From a candidate division FCPU426 bacterium (GTDB taxonomy: Bacteria > Oederibacteriota > Muellerivitia > Muellerivitales > Muellerivitaceae), in the NCBI GenBank assembly GCA_963830915.1, contig CAWHOE010000035.1, positions 45,284 through 109,283 of the forward strand: DNA of 64,000 nucleotides, given 5' to 3'. Shown in pieces: positions 1 through 8,718 of this stretch. The position numbers and the translations under genes are program-made. Below the pieces are notes generated by a model. That model saw only the letters and a list, made by a program, of their open reading frames with translations. It was not told the DNA's origin and did not search any database. How positions within the stretch are numbered: the first letter of the stretch is position 1; the number at the start of each line of letters is the position of its first letter.

Positions 1-418
1 TGCAAGACTTAGGGCCGGCCATGCCCGCCACCAGCCGGCCTAGATTGTCCGGATGAAGCCCATCCACATCCTTTCTTGGGTCGATGGCAAGAAGGACCTT
101 CTGGGAATCAAAACCTTTGGGTAATGGAAGTTGGACCAACATTCCATGGATCTTTGGGTCCGCGTTGAGCTGATGGACCAGGTCCAACAGGACCTCTTGG
201 GGTGTATTGGCCGCTAGACGATGGACGACGGAATGGAACCCGATCTCCAGGCAGGCCTTTTCCTTGTTCCCAACATAAATAACCGAACCCGGGTCCTCTC
301 CCACCAGGACAACGGCTAAACCCGGGCGAGGTCCGCCCGCGGGAAGGGCCGCCACCAGGCTCTTCAAACGCTCCTTCACCGCCGAAGCGACCACTTTACC
401 ATCCAGGATTTTCGCCAT
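1..418 (-). CDS. folD: Bifunctional methylenetetrahydrofolate dehydrogenase/cyclohydrolase, 5' part only (runs off window)
   Basis: Manual translation from ATG at 418 (GGAGG upstream): MAKILDGKVVA...PGLAVVLVGEDPGSVIYVGNKEKAC...HGMLVQLPLP...KDVDGLHPDNLGRL; not in ORF track because no stop in window. Confidence 0.95.
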   Translation of the reverse strand, partial: MAKILDGKVVASAVKERLKSLVAALPAGGPRPGLAVVLVGEDPGSVIYVGNKEKACLEIGFHSVVHRLAANTPQEVLLDLVHQLNADPKIHGMLVQLPLPKGFDSQKVLLAIDPRKDVDGLHPDNLGRLVAGMAGPKSC

Positions 419-578
419 AACTTCCTCCCCATCAGATCATTTTTAGGCTAGATGCGGTCATTCTAACCGTCTTAAATCTTGAATGCCAATGACTTCATGG
501 AAAAATCAGGGGAATTACCGGTCCATGGCTGGGGAAAAAAATAAAAGAATTCCAGATCGGGAGAGACTTGGATCTTAT

Positions 579-1118
579 TTACTTAGAGGTCATCAGTACC
601 AGGGATTCAACAGAGCGTTGTATCTCGGAAAGGTCGAACGGTTTCAAAACAACCGTCAAGGGTCCTAATTTCATGGCCTCGACCAGCAGTTCACTGTCGG
701 GATAAGCCGTCACAATGACCACCATGGACCTTAAGTTCAATTTTTTGATCTCTTTGAAAACCTCGACCCCATTCATGCCTGGCATTTTCAGGTCAAGAAA
801 AATGAAATCGTAGGCTGTTTTTGAGGCGGCCTCTAGAGCTTCCGCGCCCGTATGGGCCATCTCCACGAGGAATTTTTTCTTATCCAAGGCTTTTGAAAAG
901 AGATCGCAGATGACGGTTTCGTCATCAACGACCAAAACCTTTCGGGGAGCCAACCCCGCGCCTTTTTCCAACCAGCGGTCAATGAGGTCTTTCTTGAAAC
1001 GCCACTCGCTTCCGATCTTGAAGGAAGGGATATCTCCCTGCTGGGCAAGTTTATAGATAGTGGTGGTGGTGATCTTAAGGTAGGCCGAAAGTTCCTGGGC
1101 CGTCATGATTTCATTCAT
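579..1118 (-). CDS. Excisionase-type HTH (HTH_17) fused to C-terminal response-regulator receiver domain
   Basis: N-term IMTAQELSAYLKITTTTIYKLAQQGDIPSFKIGSEWRF; receiver motifs VLVVDDE, FLDLKMP, VTAY, KPF intact; ATG 1118 chosen (GTG 1130 possible). Confidence 0.85.
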   Translation of the reverse strand: MNEIMTAQELSAYLKITTTTIYKLAQQGDIPSFKIGSEWRFKKDLIDRWLEKGAGLAPRKVLVVDDETVICDLFSKALDKKKFLVEMAHTGAEALEAASKTAYDFIFLDLKMPGMNGVEVFKEIKKLNLRSMVVIVTAYPDSELLVEAMKLGPLTVVLKPFDLSEIQRSVESLVLMTSK

Positions 1119-1445
1119 ACCAATTCGCACCTAGTGGAATAATTTTTCGTAATAACGTGACTCATATGACTTGTAAGTAATTATAGCTCAATAAAATTCA
1201 TTCAATCCCAATTCTTTACTTGTTCCGCAATTTTCGAGGATAAGTATTAACGACAAATATTTGCCTCGGTAAATTTGAGGTGATGAATTTCGTGGAAGGA
1301 CTTTGATTCACGCTGTTTTAGACGGTTTCTTTGATAGCCACTTTTCTTAAGGAAAAACAGTGACTAAGACTCCAAAGGTAACTGGAATCGTTATCCGCAG
1401 GATGGATGGATCGAGTGCCAAGACCCCAAGAACACCTATCAGGGT

Positions 1446-1775
1446 TTAGGTGTTTTTGATCACCGTTTCGATATAAGAGCGTTCGACCTCGATCTTGTTG
1501 TTCTCATTGACCTTCACGATCAAGATGTTTTCCTTGATATCCGCTACAGTCCCGTAGATTCCCCCGCGGGTTAGAACACGGTCACCACGCTGGATGTTAT
1601 TGAGCAATTCCTCTTTCTTCTTACGTTCCTTGTTCTGGGGATAGATCATCAAGAAATAGAACAAGACCATGATGAGTATGATGGGCATGAAGGAAACCAA
1701 TGCGGCCATTTGGGATGACGGTCCCGCCGCCGTAGCGGTTGCCGTTGTTTGCGCGTAAGCCATATCCATGATCAA
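1446..1775 (-). CDS. yajC: Preprotein translocase subunit YajC
   Basis: Single TM then FYFLMIYPQNKERK...IQRGDRVLTRGGIYGTV; start may be ATG 1769. Confidence 0.93.
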   Translation of the reverse strand: MIMDMAYAQTTATATAAGPSSQMAALVSFMPIILIMVLFYFLMIYPQNKERKKKEELLNNIQRGDRVLTRGGIYGTVADIKENILIVKVNENNKIEVERSYIETVIKNT

Positions 1776-1907
1776 TTACCTCTTTTATTGGAATAATACG
1801 AACCACCATCACACATCGCAAGACCGATGGAACGCGAGTATGAAACCAAATATCGCCCGGAATTTCCAGGTCAATCTTTAGTTTTTACGCCTTAATACAT
1901 CGCTTCT

Positions 1908-2717
1908 TCAATGTTCTCCCAGCACCCCATAGCGGATCTGGACCATCTTGTCATGCCGGTCGAACAAGGTCTCGGTTAGATCGTCAAAATTCAGGGGATG
2001 AGGTCTTTTGTATTTCAAAACCTTCAAACCATCCCTGTCCCCCATCCCGTCATAACTCAAATAAGGATTCAAGAAAGCGGAACGCACGTCAGAACTAGAG
2101 GATGAAAAGCTGATCCCTTCCGGGGTTTGAACCTGGAAATCCCCGTCTTTTTGGGGCGCCGTAATGGAAAGTATTCCCCGATCCTTGTTCTCATATTTCA
2201 AGAAACTCAAGTTGAGATATTCGTAATGGTATCTGGCATAACCGGACGGGCTTCTGGCCTCGACTTTTTTGGTCATCTTCCACTCATGGTCTTTGCCGAT
2301 GTCCGGGATGGTGTTGATGGCGTAAGGAGCGCCCATGTACCAGATCTCGCCATTCAGCACATCAAGGATCAAGAGATCCTTTCGGTCCTTGTTTTCTTTG
2401 GCCAAAGTCTGGGCCTTTTTGGTCTCGTCCGCCAAAAGTTGTTCCGTTTCCATTTTCACAGTTTCATCGGTCTTTTTGACCACAGGCGTCGGCAACACGG
2501 TCATTTGGGCTTTCATCCCCTTCATTTCTAATTCCAATTTCTCGTTCTCAAGTTTCATTCTTTCTATCTCAAGCTTCTGCTTCTCGATCTCAATTTGGGT
2601 AAGGGTCGTTACGGCGTCGGCTGACGCATTAGGGGTTGGCGTCTCTTGGGCCAGGGTCGCTTTCGGCATCAGGGTCCAAATAACCAACATCAAGACCATC
2701 ATAATGTTCAACTTCAT
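1908..2717 (-). CDS. Secreted hypothetical protein (signal peptide, coiled coil, globular C-terminal domain)
   Basis: Signal peptide ending ATLA-Q; E/K/L heptad segment IEIEKQKLEIERMKLENEKLELEM; GAGG upstream. Confidence 0.7.
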   Translation of the reverse strand: MKLNIMMVLMLVIWTLMPKATLAQETPTPNASADAVTTLTQIEIEKQKLEIERMKLENEKLELEMKGMKAQMTVLPTPVVKKTDETVKMETEQLLADETKKAQTLAKENKDRKDLLILDVLNGEIWYMGAPYAINTIPDIGKDHEWKMTKKVEARSPSGYARYHYEYLNLSFLKYENKDRGILSITAPQKDGDFQVQTPEGISFSSSSSDVRSAFLNPYLSYDGMGDRDGLKVLKYKRPHPLNFDDLTETLFDRHDKMVQIRYGVLGEH

Positions 2718-2772
2718 GCTTTACCTCTTGGCCGGGTTCATTCCGGGATTCTCGTTATTTTTCCTCAAAAAC

Positions 2773-2808
2773 AAAAAAACCCCGCCCTTTTTCAAGGGCG
2801 GGGTTTTT
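2773..2808 (-). terminator. Intrinsic terminator after the beta-barrel gene
   Basis: AAAAACCCCGCCCTT-TTTC-AAGGGCGGGGTTTTT with U-tract on minus strand. Confidence 0.85.
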
Positions 2809-2819
2809 AGGCAAACTAA

Positions 2820-4160
2820 TTAAAACTTGTATTTCAGATCGGCCTCAGTGATCGACAAGATGCTTCCGTTGTCGATGCTGTTGTAGTTGTCATACAGAAT
2901 CCCGCCTAAGCTCGGGTTGCTGATCAACTGCTCCAGCGAGTAAACGCTGACTTGGGCATCCAGTGTCCAGTTCTCGACATTGATACCAAAGCCGGTGCTA
3001 AAGGTCGAATAAGTTCCGTTTTTGCTGTAAGGGTCATTATTCCCGTAAGCGCCAGGCTGACCCTTCGTGACATCATAGTCACGATCGAAAATCGGTTTGA
3101 AGATACCAGCTCTCCAGGTCAACCACCCGGTCAACTGGCTTTCCACGCTGGCATTCCACAAAACCATCCAGCTGTTGCCTTCATATTCAGCGGTTGGCGT
3201 ATAAGAATCATCGGTCACTTTGTAGCCGTCATAAACTAACATCAGGCCACTGGCGACAACACCCTTACCACCGCTGATCTTGTGATTGATACCAGCTCCC
3301 AAATCCACCGTGAACTGATTGGATTGATAGTGGGTCGTCGGATTACCCGTTTGGATGTCCTTCGTATTCCACTGGTCATTCCTCACATCACCCGTGACAC
3401 GAACCGAGTTATCGGCGTCAACATCGTTGACCAACAAGGCTCCTACCGCGAGGGAATAGATACCATCACCCATCGCTGATTCGCCGCCCTGTATACCCGT
3501 GTCAAAGGAACCCATCTGGTAGCTCAGGTGGAAATTCGCCTGGCTGAAAGGTCCCAAATTAGCCGTTCCCAAACCAAGGTTAATACCCAAGTCTTGGGAA
3601 TAGTTGTTCACGAGCGCGCCATACTCTTGGTTATCGGCGTAGTTGATCATAGCCCCAAGGTCCATACCGCTGAAGGACTTCGCCCAGAAAGCGTCAACCT
3701 TGTTTTGCGGTGTGTTCGGGTAATAATTGGCGTTGTTAGGCATATTTCCCGACCATTGCCCAGCAGGCGACCACCCGCCACCATAAGGCATGTAACGGTT
3801 ATACCAATCCGCTGGCTTCTCAGACTCATTATGGTTATACATGTCCTCAAAATATGTTTGAGTGTAATAGGGCCTATTGGCATAGGCGCCGATGACTCCG
3901 ACATCGCCCATGTCTTTCAAAACCCCACCCCACTCGGCGTAACCTTGGCCCCACCCGTCGTTGTACTCGGTGTCATTCAGACGGAAATCCACCGTATCCT
4001 TGTACTCCAAAGCCTTGTTCGGATACAGCCAGATCAAGTCCATATCCTCGACAAAACGAGGATCCTGGCTCATGGAATCCAAACGGGCATCGGCGTTAGC
4101 TTTCACCGCCAAGCCCAGGGCCATGAGACCCATCATCAAAAGCAATAGACCTTTCTTCAT
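2820..4160 (-). CDS. Outer-membrane beta-barrel (porin-like) protein
   Basis: Signal peptide (ANA-D), G/N/D/Y/W-rich alternating strands, C-terminal ADLKYKF ending in Phe (BAM beta-signal), AAGGAG RBS, own promoter and terminator. Confidence 0.75.
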   Translation of the reverse strand: MKKGLLLLMMGLMALGLAVKANADARLDSMSQDPRFVEDMDLIWLYPNKALEYKDTVDFRLNDTEYNDGWGQGYAEWGGVLKDMGDVGVIGAYANRPYYTQTYFEDMYNHNESEKPADWYNRYMPYGGGWSPAGQWSGNMPNNANYYPNTPQNKVDAFWAKSFSGMDLGAMINYADNQEYGALVNNYSQDLGINLGLGTANLGPFSQANFHLSYQMGSFDTGIQGGESAMGDGIYSLAVGALLVNDVDADNSVRVTGDVRNDQWNTKDIQTGNPTTHYQSNQFTVDLGAGINHKISGGKGVVASGLMLVYDGYKVTDDSYTPTAEYEGNSWMVLWNASVESQLTGWLTWRAGIFKPIFDRDYDVTKGQPGAYGNNDPYSKNGTYSTFSTGFGINVENWTLDAQVSVYSLEQLISNPSLGGILYDNYNSIDNGSILSITEADLKYKF

Positions 4161-4177
4161 GCTCTCTCTCCTTCAAG

Positions 4178-4259
4178 TTTTATCGGGTTTGTACTCCTTA
4201 GGGAAGAGTACCGACCCGTTTATCGGGCTTGCACTCCTCAGGGAAGAGTGCCATGCCCG
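4178..4259 (-). repeat. Tandem 40-nt duplicated hairpin in the 5' leader, each copy with CIRCE-like G(C/T)ACTC-N9-GAGT(G/A)C core
   Basis: Plus strand copies CGGGTTTGTACTCCTTAGGGAAGAGTACCGACCCG (4184-4218) and CGGGCTTGCACTCCTCAGGGAAGAGTGCCATGCCCG (4224-4259). Confidence 0.85.
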
Positions 4260-4431
4260 TACTACCTACTGAACCCTCAGCCTCGTGGGCCGAAAACCGC
4301 TAAAGAACCATTCCACAAGGGCCTTTCAACCAGGCCCATGACTTAGAGCCACCGGTTTATCAGCCCAACCTTATTTCGATCAGTCTAAAGAAACCGACTG
4401 ACAACAAAGCCGAACTAGAACAACAGGCCAA

Positions 4432-4460
4432 AATATAAGGGGTATGGGGGGGGCTGTCAA
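4432..4460 (-). promoter_or_regulatory. Sigma70-type promoter of the beta-barrel gene
   Basis: Minus strand TTGACA-17 nt-TATATT with AT-rich upstream region. Confidence 0.8.
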
Positions 4461-4588
4461 GACGAAAAAAACCAAACCATTTAAAACACCGCAATATGCT
4501 GTGTTTTTTTTGGTTTAAATGTCTAATCATGGTGCTTTATATAAATATGCTTAATTTATAAGGATTTATTCCAAGTATAAAAAAGGGT

Positions 4589-6439
4589 TTATTCAACCGT
4601 AACAGACTTGGCCAAATTTCTTGGCTGGTCGATTTCCCTGCCCTTCAATTTGGCGATGTAATAGGCCAGAAGTTGGAGGGGCAAAATGGAGAGGATGGGG
4701 GAGAAATCCTCTGATATTTCCGGTATTTCCAGTACATCATCGGCTCTTTTTTTAAGGGTTTTATCCCCCTTTTCGATCAAAGCGATCAGTTTTCCCGACC
4801 TGGCCTTGACCTCCTCCACGTTATTCAGGATCTTCTCATAGACGCAAGAGGACCTTAAGGCAATAGCCACTACCGGCATCTTGGGGTCGATCAAAGCGAT
4901 CGGACCATGCTTCATTTCCCCGCCCGGGTATCCTTCGGCGTGAATATAAGAGATTTCTTTGAGCTTCAAGGCCCCTTCCAGGGCAATGGGGTATTGGATA
5001 CCCCGCCCAATGTACAGGAAGTTGAAGTAGGAAGCATACTTTTTGGCCACCTTCTCATAGGCCGCGCTTTGCTTTAAGACCAATGCGGCCATGGCCGGCA
5101 CCCGGGAAAGCTCCTTGGCCTTCTTTTTCAACTCAGAAAGGGGCATGCTCTTACGAACCCTGGCTAAAAAGAGGACCATAAGCCAAAGAGCGCCCAGTTG
5201 GGTCGTAAAGGCCTTGGTAGAAGCCACACCAATTTCCGGTCCCGCCCTGGTCAAAAGCACGCCATCCGCTTCCCTGGTCGCCGAGCTTCCCATCACGTTA
5301 CAAATAGTGACTACCTTGGCCCCCTTGGCCTTGGCTTCCCTTAAAGCCACCAGGGTGTCGACCGTTTCCCCACTTTGGGTAATGACGATCACCAAACTGT
5401 CCTTGCCGATGACCGGGTTGCGGTAACGGAACTCGGAAGCGTTGTCCACTTCCACAGGCACTCGCAGGTATTTCTCAAAAATGAATTTACCAACCAGCCC
5501 GGCAAAATAAGAAGTGCCCATAGCCAGTATGGTTACTTTTTTAAACCCACGAAGGGCGGATGAAGACCAGAAACTTCCCTCTAGAAAAACTTCTCCTGTT
5601 CTCGGGTCTAACCGGCTTGTGAAGGTATCTTCCAGGGCTCTTGGCTGTTCCATGATCTCTTTGAGCATGAAGTGCGGGTATCCGGTCTTCTCGGCTTGCT
5701 CAGCGTTCCATTGGATTCGGGATACCTTTTTCGTGACCGGCTTGCCATTCAGGATGTTGATGACCTTGGTGCCGGAAGGCGTTATCTCGACCATCTCGTT
5801 GTCTTCCAGATAATAAACCCGCTTGGTATGGGCTAACAAGGCCGGCACATCCGAAGCCAGGAAGTTTTCCTTTTCGCCCAACCCCACCACCAGTCCCCCA
5901 CCACCAGACCGGGCGCCGATGAGGGTTTCTTTTTCTCCCTCGTAGACCGCAACCACCGAATAGGTGCCTTTGATCTGGGTCAGGGCCCAACGCACCGCCT
6001 GGTTCCAGGAACGTTTCTTCAAACTCTCCTCGATCAAATGGGCCAGGACTTCGGAGTCGGTCTGGGACTTGAACCTGTGCCCCTTGGCTTGAAGCTGTTT
6101 TTTAAGGATTTGATAATTTTCGATGATGCCATTGTGGACGACCCCGATCTTTCCACTGCAATCGGTATGGGGGTGGGCGTTGGTGTCGGTCGGATGGCCA
6201 TGGGTGGCCCAACGGGTATGACCGATTCCCGCCGTAATGGAGCTTGTTACATGGGCTTTTCGAACGGCTATGACCAAATTGCCGATCTTCCCGGCTTTTT
6301 TGATGATCTCCAGGTGGTCCTGGAGTGTCAAAAGGGCAAGTCCGGCCGAATCATAACCCCGGTATTCCAGCTTGGCCAACCCATTCAACAAAATGGGGGC
6401 GGCTGGTTTAAAACCGGTATATCCGACGATCCCGCACAT
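4589..6439 (-). CDS. glmS: Glutamine--fructose-6-phosphate aminotransferase
   Basis: MCGIVG, EYRGYDSAG, GHTRWATHG, SQ/TQSGET, C-term PRNLAKSVTVE. Confidence 0.99.
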   Translation of the reverse strand: MCGIVGYTGFKPAAPILLNGLAKLEYRGYDSAGLALLTLQDHLEIIKKAGKIGNLVIAVRKAHVTSSITAGIGHTRWATHGHPTDTNAHPHTDCSGKIGVVHNGIIENYQILKKQLQAKGHRFKSQTDSEVLAHLIEESLKKRSWNQAVRWALTQIKGTYSVVAVYEGEKETLIGARSGGGGLVVGLGEKENFLASDVPALLAHTKRVYYLEDNEMVEITPSGTKVINILNGKPVTKKVSRIQWNAEQAEKTGYPHFMLKEIMEQPRALEDTFTSRLDPRTGEVFLEGSFWSSSALRGFKKVTILAMGTSYFAGLVGKFIFEKYLRVPVEVDNASEFRYRNPVIGKDSLVIVITQSGETVDTLVALREAKAKGAKVVTICNVMGSSATREADGVLLTRAGPEIGVASTKAFTTQLGALWLMVLFLARVRKSMPLSELKKKAKELSRVPAMAALVLKQSAAYEKVAKKYASYFNFLYIGRGIQYPIALEGALKLKEISYIHAEGYPGGEMKHGPIALIDPKMPVVAIALRSSCVYEKILNNVEEVKARSGKLIALIEKGDKTLKKRADDVLEIPEISEDFSPILSILPLQLLAYYIAKLKGREIDQPRNLAKSVTVE

Positions 6440-6562
6440 AAAAGTCCTTACATGGTTTCGTTCATGGGCCCTGTGTATTTAAAAACAGGGCTTCATCAAC
6501 AACTCCCGCATCTTAACACGCGCTACCCAACAGGAACAATTCAGGGGACAGGATATATTTTC

Positions 6563-7411
6563 TTATTCTTTAAACCCTTGGACATCGCTCAAAGCCTTGG
6601 AAAGCTCGATGAGTTTTTCCAAACCCAAGGTCTCCCCCCGGACCATAGGGTCGAGACCCGTTTTCCTCAAAGCTTCCCCAATGATATCGGGCTTTTGGCC
6701 CAAAGATTTCAGGGAGTTGGTGATGACTTTCCGGCGGGTCTGAAAGATGGCCCGGATCAGGGCAAAAAGCCTTTTCTCCCCAGCCCCGTTCAAGGGAAGT
6801 TCCGGTTTCAGGACCAGTTCGATGAAAGCCGAATCCACCTTAGGGGCCGGCTTGAAACAATGGGCCGGAACATCCAGGCATTTTCGGACCGTTGAATAAT
6901 ACTGGGCGCAAAGGGTCAGGGCGCCATAAGCCTTGGTCCCAGGATGGGCGACCATTCTATCCGCCACCTCCTTCTGGACCATCAGGTACACATTACGCAC
7001 GATTCCGTGGTACTGGATGAGGATCTTGGTGATCAGGGGAGTCGTCAGATAGTAGGGAATGTTCCCCGCCACGGTCAGCTTTGCCGGAGGGGGCGGAGCG
7101 GTCGTGGCCAAGTCGAACTTGAGGATGTCCTCTTTGACCAGCCGCATTCCCGGCCTGGTCCCATATTTGCGTTCCAGCATGGCGAATAGCTTGTGGTCGA
7201 TCTCCACGACCGTCAGGGGATGGCCTTTTTGGACCAACTTCTCGGTCAATACTCCGTATCCCCCGCCCACTTCCAGGAGGATATCTCCCGGAGGACATTG
7301 GATGACCGCGGCGATCTTATCAAGTATCTTTCCATCGGTCAGGAAGTTCTGCCCCGCGGATTTGCGGGGGCGGTAGGAGAATTCCTGGAACAGGGCCGAG
7401 ATCTGGTCCAT
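6563..7411 (-). CDS. rsmA: 16S rRNA adenine dimethyltransferase RsmA/KsgA
   Basis: GQNFL, EVGGGYG, GNIPYY, MVQKEVADR, PAPKVDSA. Confidence 0.97.
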   Translation of the reverse strand: MDQISALFQEFSYRPRKSAGQNFLTDGKILDKIAAVIQCPPGDILLEVGGGYGVLTEKLVQKGHPLTVVEIDHKLFAMLERKYGTRPGMRLVKEDILKFDLATTAPPPPAKLTVAGNIPYYLTTPLITKILIQYHGIVRNVYLMVQKEVADRMVAHPGTKAYGALTLCAQYYSTVRKCLDVPAHCFKPAPKVDSAFIELVLKPELPLNGAGEKRLFALIRAIFQTRRKVITNSLKSLGQKPDIIGEALRKTGLDPMVRGETLGLEKLIELSKALSDVQGFKE

Positions 7412-8409
7412 CAGGTCCGTGCCGCCAATTTTTCGGCAAGCCTTATGGCCGATATCATGCTGGAGGGATTAGCCTTACCCTTGCCCGCGATATCGAAAGC
7501 CGTCCCGTGGTCCGGCGAGGTGCGGATAAAGGGCAGTCCTAGGGTCATATTCACCCCGGTATCGAAAGACGTCAGTTTGAAAGGGATCAACCCCTGGTCG
7601 TGGTACATGCACAAGACCGCGTCATACTTTCCTTTTGAGACCCAGTAAAAGAGGGTGTCCGGTGGATGGGGTCCGGTCACATCCCAACCCTTTTGCCTGG
7701 CCTTTTCGATGGCCGGCTTGAGTATCTTGATCTCTTCCTTGCCGAAAGCACCATTTTCCCCGGCGTGAGGGTTCAAACCAGCCACGGCGATCCGGGGGTT
7801 CTTGATCTTGAACCAATAGCGCATGGATTTTTGGGTCAGTTCCAGGTGTTCCATTATCTTAGGCACCGTCACTTGCCCCAAAGCTTCCCTCAAGGACATA
7901 TGGATGGATTGCAGGACGATCTTGAAGGGTCCTCCCACCATCATCATGGCGAAAGACTGGGTGTGGGAAAGATACGCCAAAAGTTCGGTGTGACCCGGGA
8001 AAGGACAACCCGCCTTGTGGATGGATTCCTTCTGGATGGGCGCAGTCACCAGGGCTGCCGCTTTGCCTTCCAATGCCATCTTGGACCCGGCGGAAATGTA
8101 CCTGACCGCCGCGGCCCCCGCATTGGCTGAGATTTTCCCCATGGAAACGCCTTGCGCCCCGCCCATATCCCAAACCACCACAGGGCCCAGCTTTCCATTC
8201 TGGCCTCCGGCTGTCAAACGGACGAGGGGTAAGCGCAAATGGAGTTTCTTGGACAAGCGGGATAGATAGGGGTAGTCCCCGATCAGGCAATAACGAGATC
8301 GGGAGCTTTTATAACAGACGGCCAACGCTTTCAACGCCACTTCCGGGCCGACCCCGGCGGGGTCGCCCATGGAAATCGCGATCACAGGCGCCTCGGTTGG
8401 TTGGGCCAT
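7411..8409 (-). CDS. pdxA: 4-hydroxythreonine-4-phosphate dehydrogenase
   Basis: MGDPAGVGPE, GHTE, GLNPHAGE, MYHDQG, RTSPDHGTAFDIAG. Confidence 0.97.
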   Translation of the reverse strand: MAQPTEAPVIAISMGDPAGVGPEVALKALAVCYKSSRSRYCLIGDYPYLSRLSKKLHLRLPLVRLTAGGQNGKLGPVVVWDMGGAQGVSMGKISANAGAAAVRYISAGSKMALEGKAAALVTAPIQKESIHKAGCPFPGHTELLAYLSHTQSFAMMMVGGPFKIVLQSIHMSLREALGQVTVPKIMEHLELTQKSMRYWFKIKNPRIAVAGLNPHAGENGAFGKEEIKILKPAIEKARQKGWDVTGPHPPDTLFYWVSKGKYDAVLCMYHDQGLIPFKLTSFDTGVNMTLGLPFIRTSPDHGTAFDIAGKGKANPSSMISAIRLAEKLAART

Positions 8410-8467
8410 AGAGAATCTCCATTGGGCTTTTGAAACTAAAATTCACTTAAAACAACGACAAAAAAAC

Positions 8468-8696
8468 TTAGCCACCGATGAACTTAGCGTGGCGTAGCCG
8501 CAACCAAAATTCAAAAACTGCGGATGACACTATATTTCCCCCTCTGAAAGAGGGGGAAGAAGGGGGAGTTAGACTTTCGGACTAACTCGGCAACGACTAA
8601 TACCCCCCCTCCCCCCCTTTTTTCAAAGGGGGGAACAACTATAAACTCAGGGCCCTGAGCCTGCCTGTGGTAAGTACGTCGAACCCGTTGAAGGGG
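8468..8696. repeat. Intergenic mosaic of REP-like palindromes
   Basis: TTAGCCACCGAT shared with element at 22207; hairpins TTCCCCCTC-TGAAA-GAGGGGGAA, GAGTTAG...CTAACTC, CCCCCCTTT-TTTC-AAAGGGGGG; CCCTGAGC...GAAGGG segment. Confidence 0.65.
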
Positions 8697-8718
8697 TAGT
8701 TCAAACATCTTTTAAGTT

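Noticed and set aside
579..1130. Prophage or ICE signalled by an excisionase
   Set aside because: The HTH is fused to a receiver domain; no integrase, att site or phage genes nearby
1131..1445. Replication origin
   Set aside because: AT-rich but only isolated imperfect DnaA-box-like words (for example TTATCCGCA); no cluster and no dnaA/dnaN context
6440..6562. glmS ribozyme upstream of glmS
   Set aside because: Only ~120 nt; AGCGC is present but the following conserved core (GACGAGG etc.) is not; one simple hairpin only
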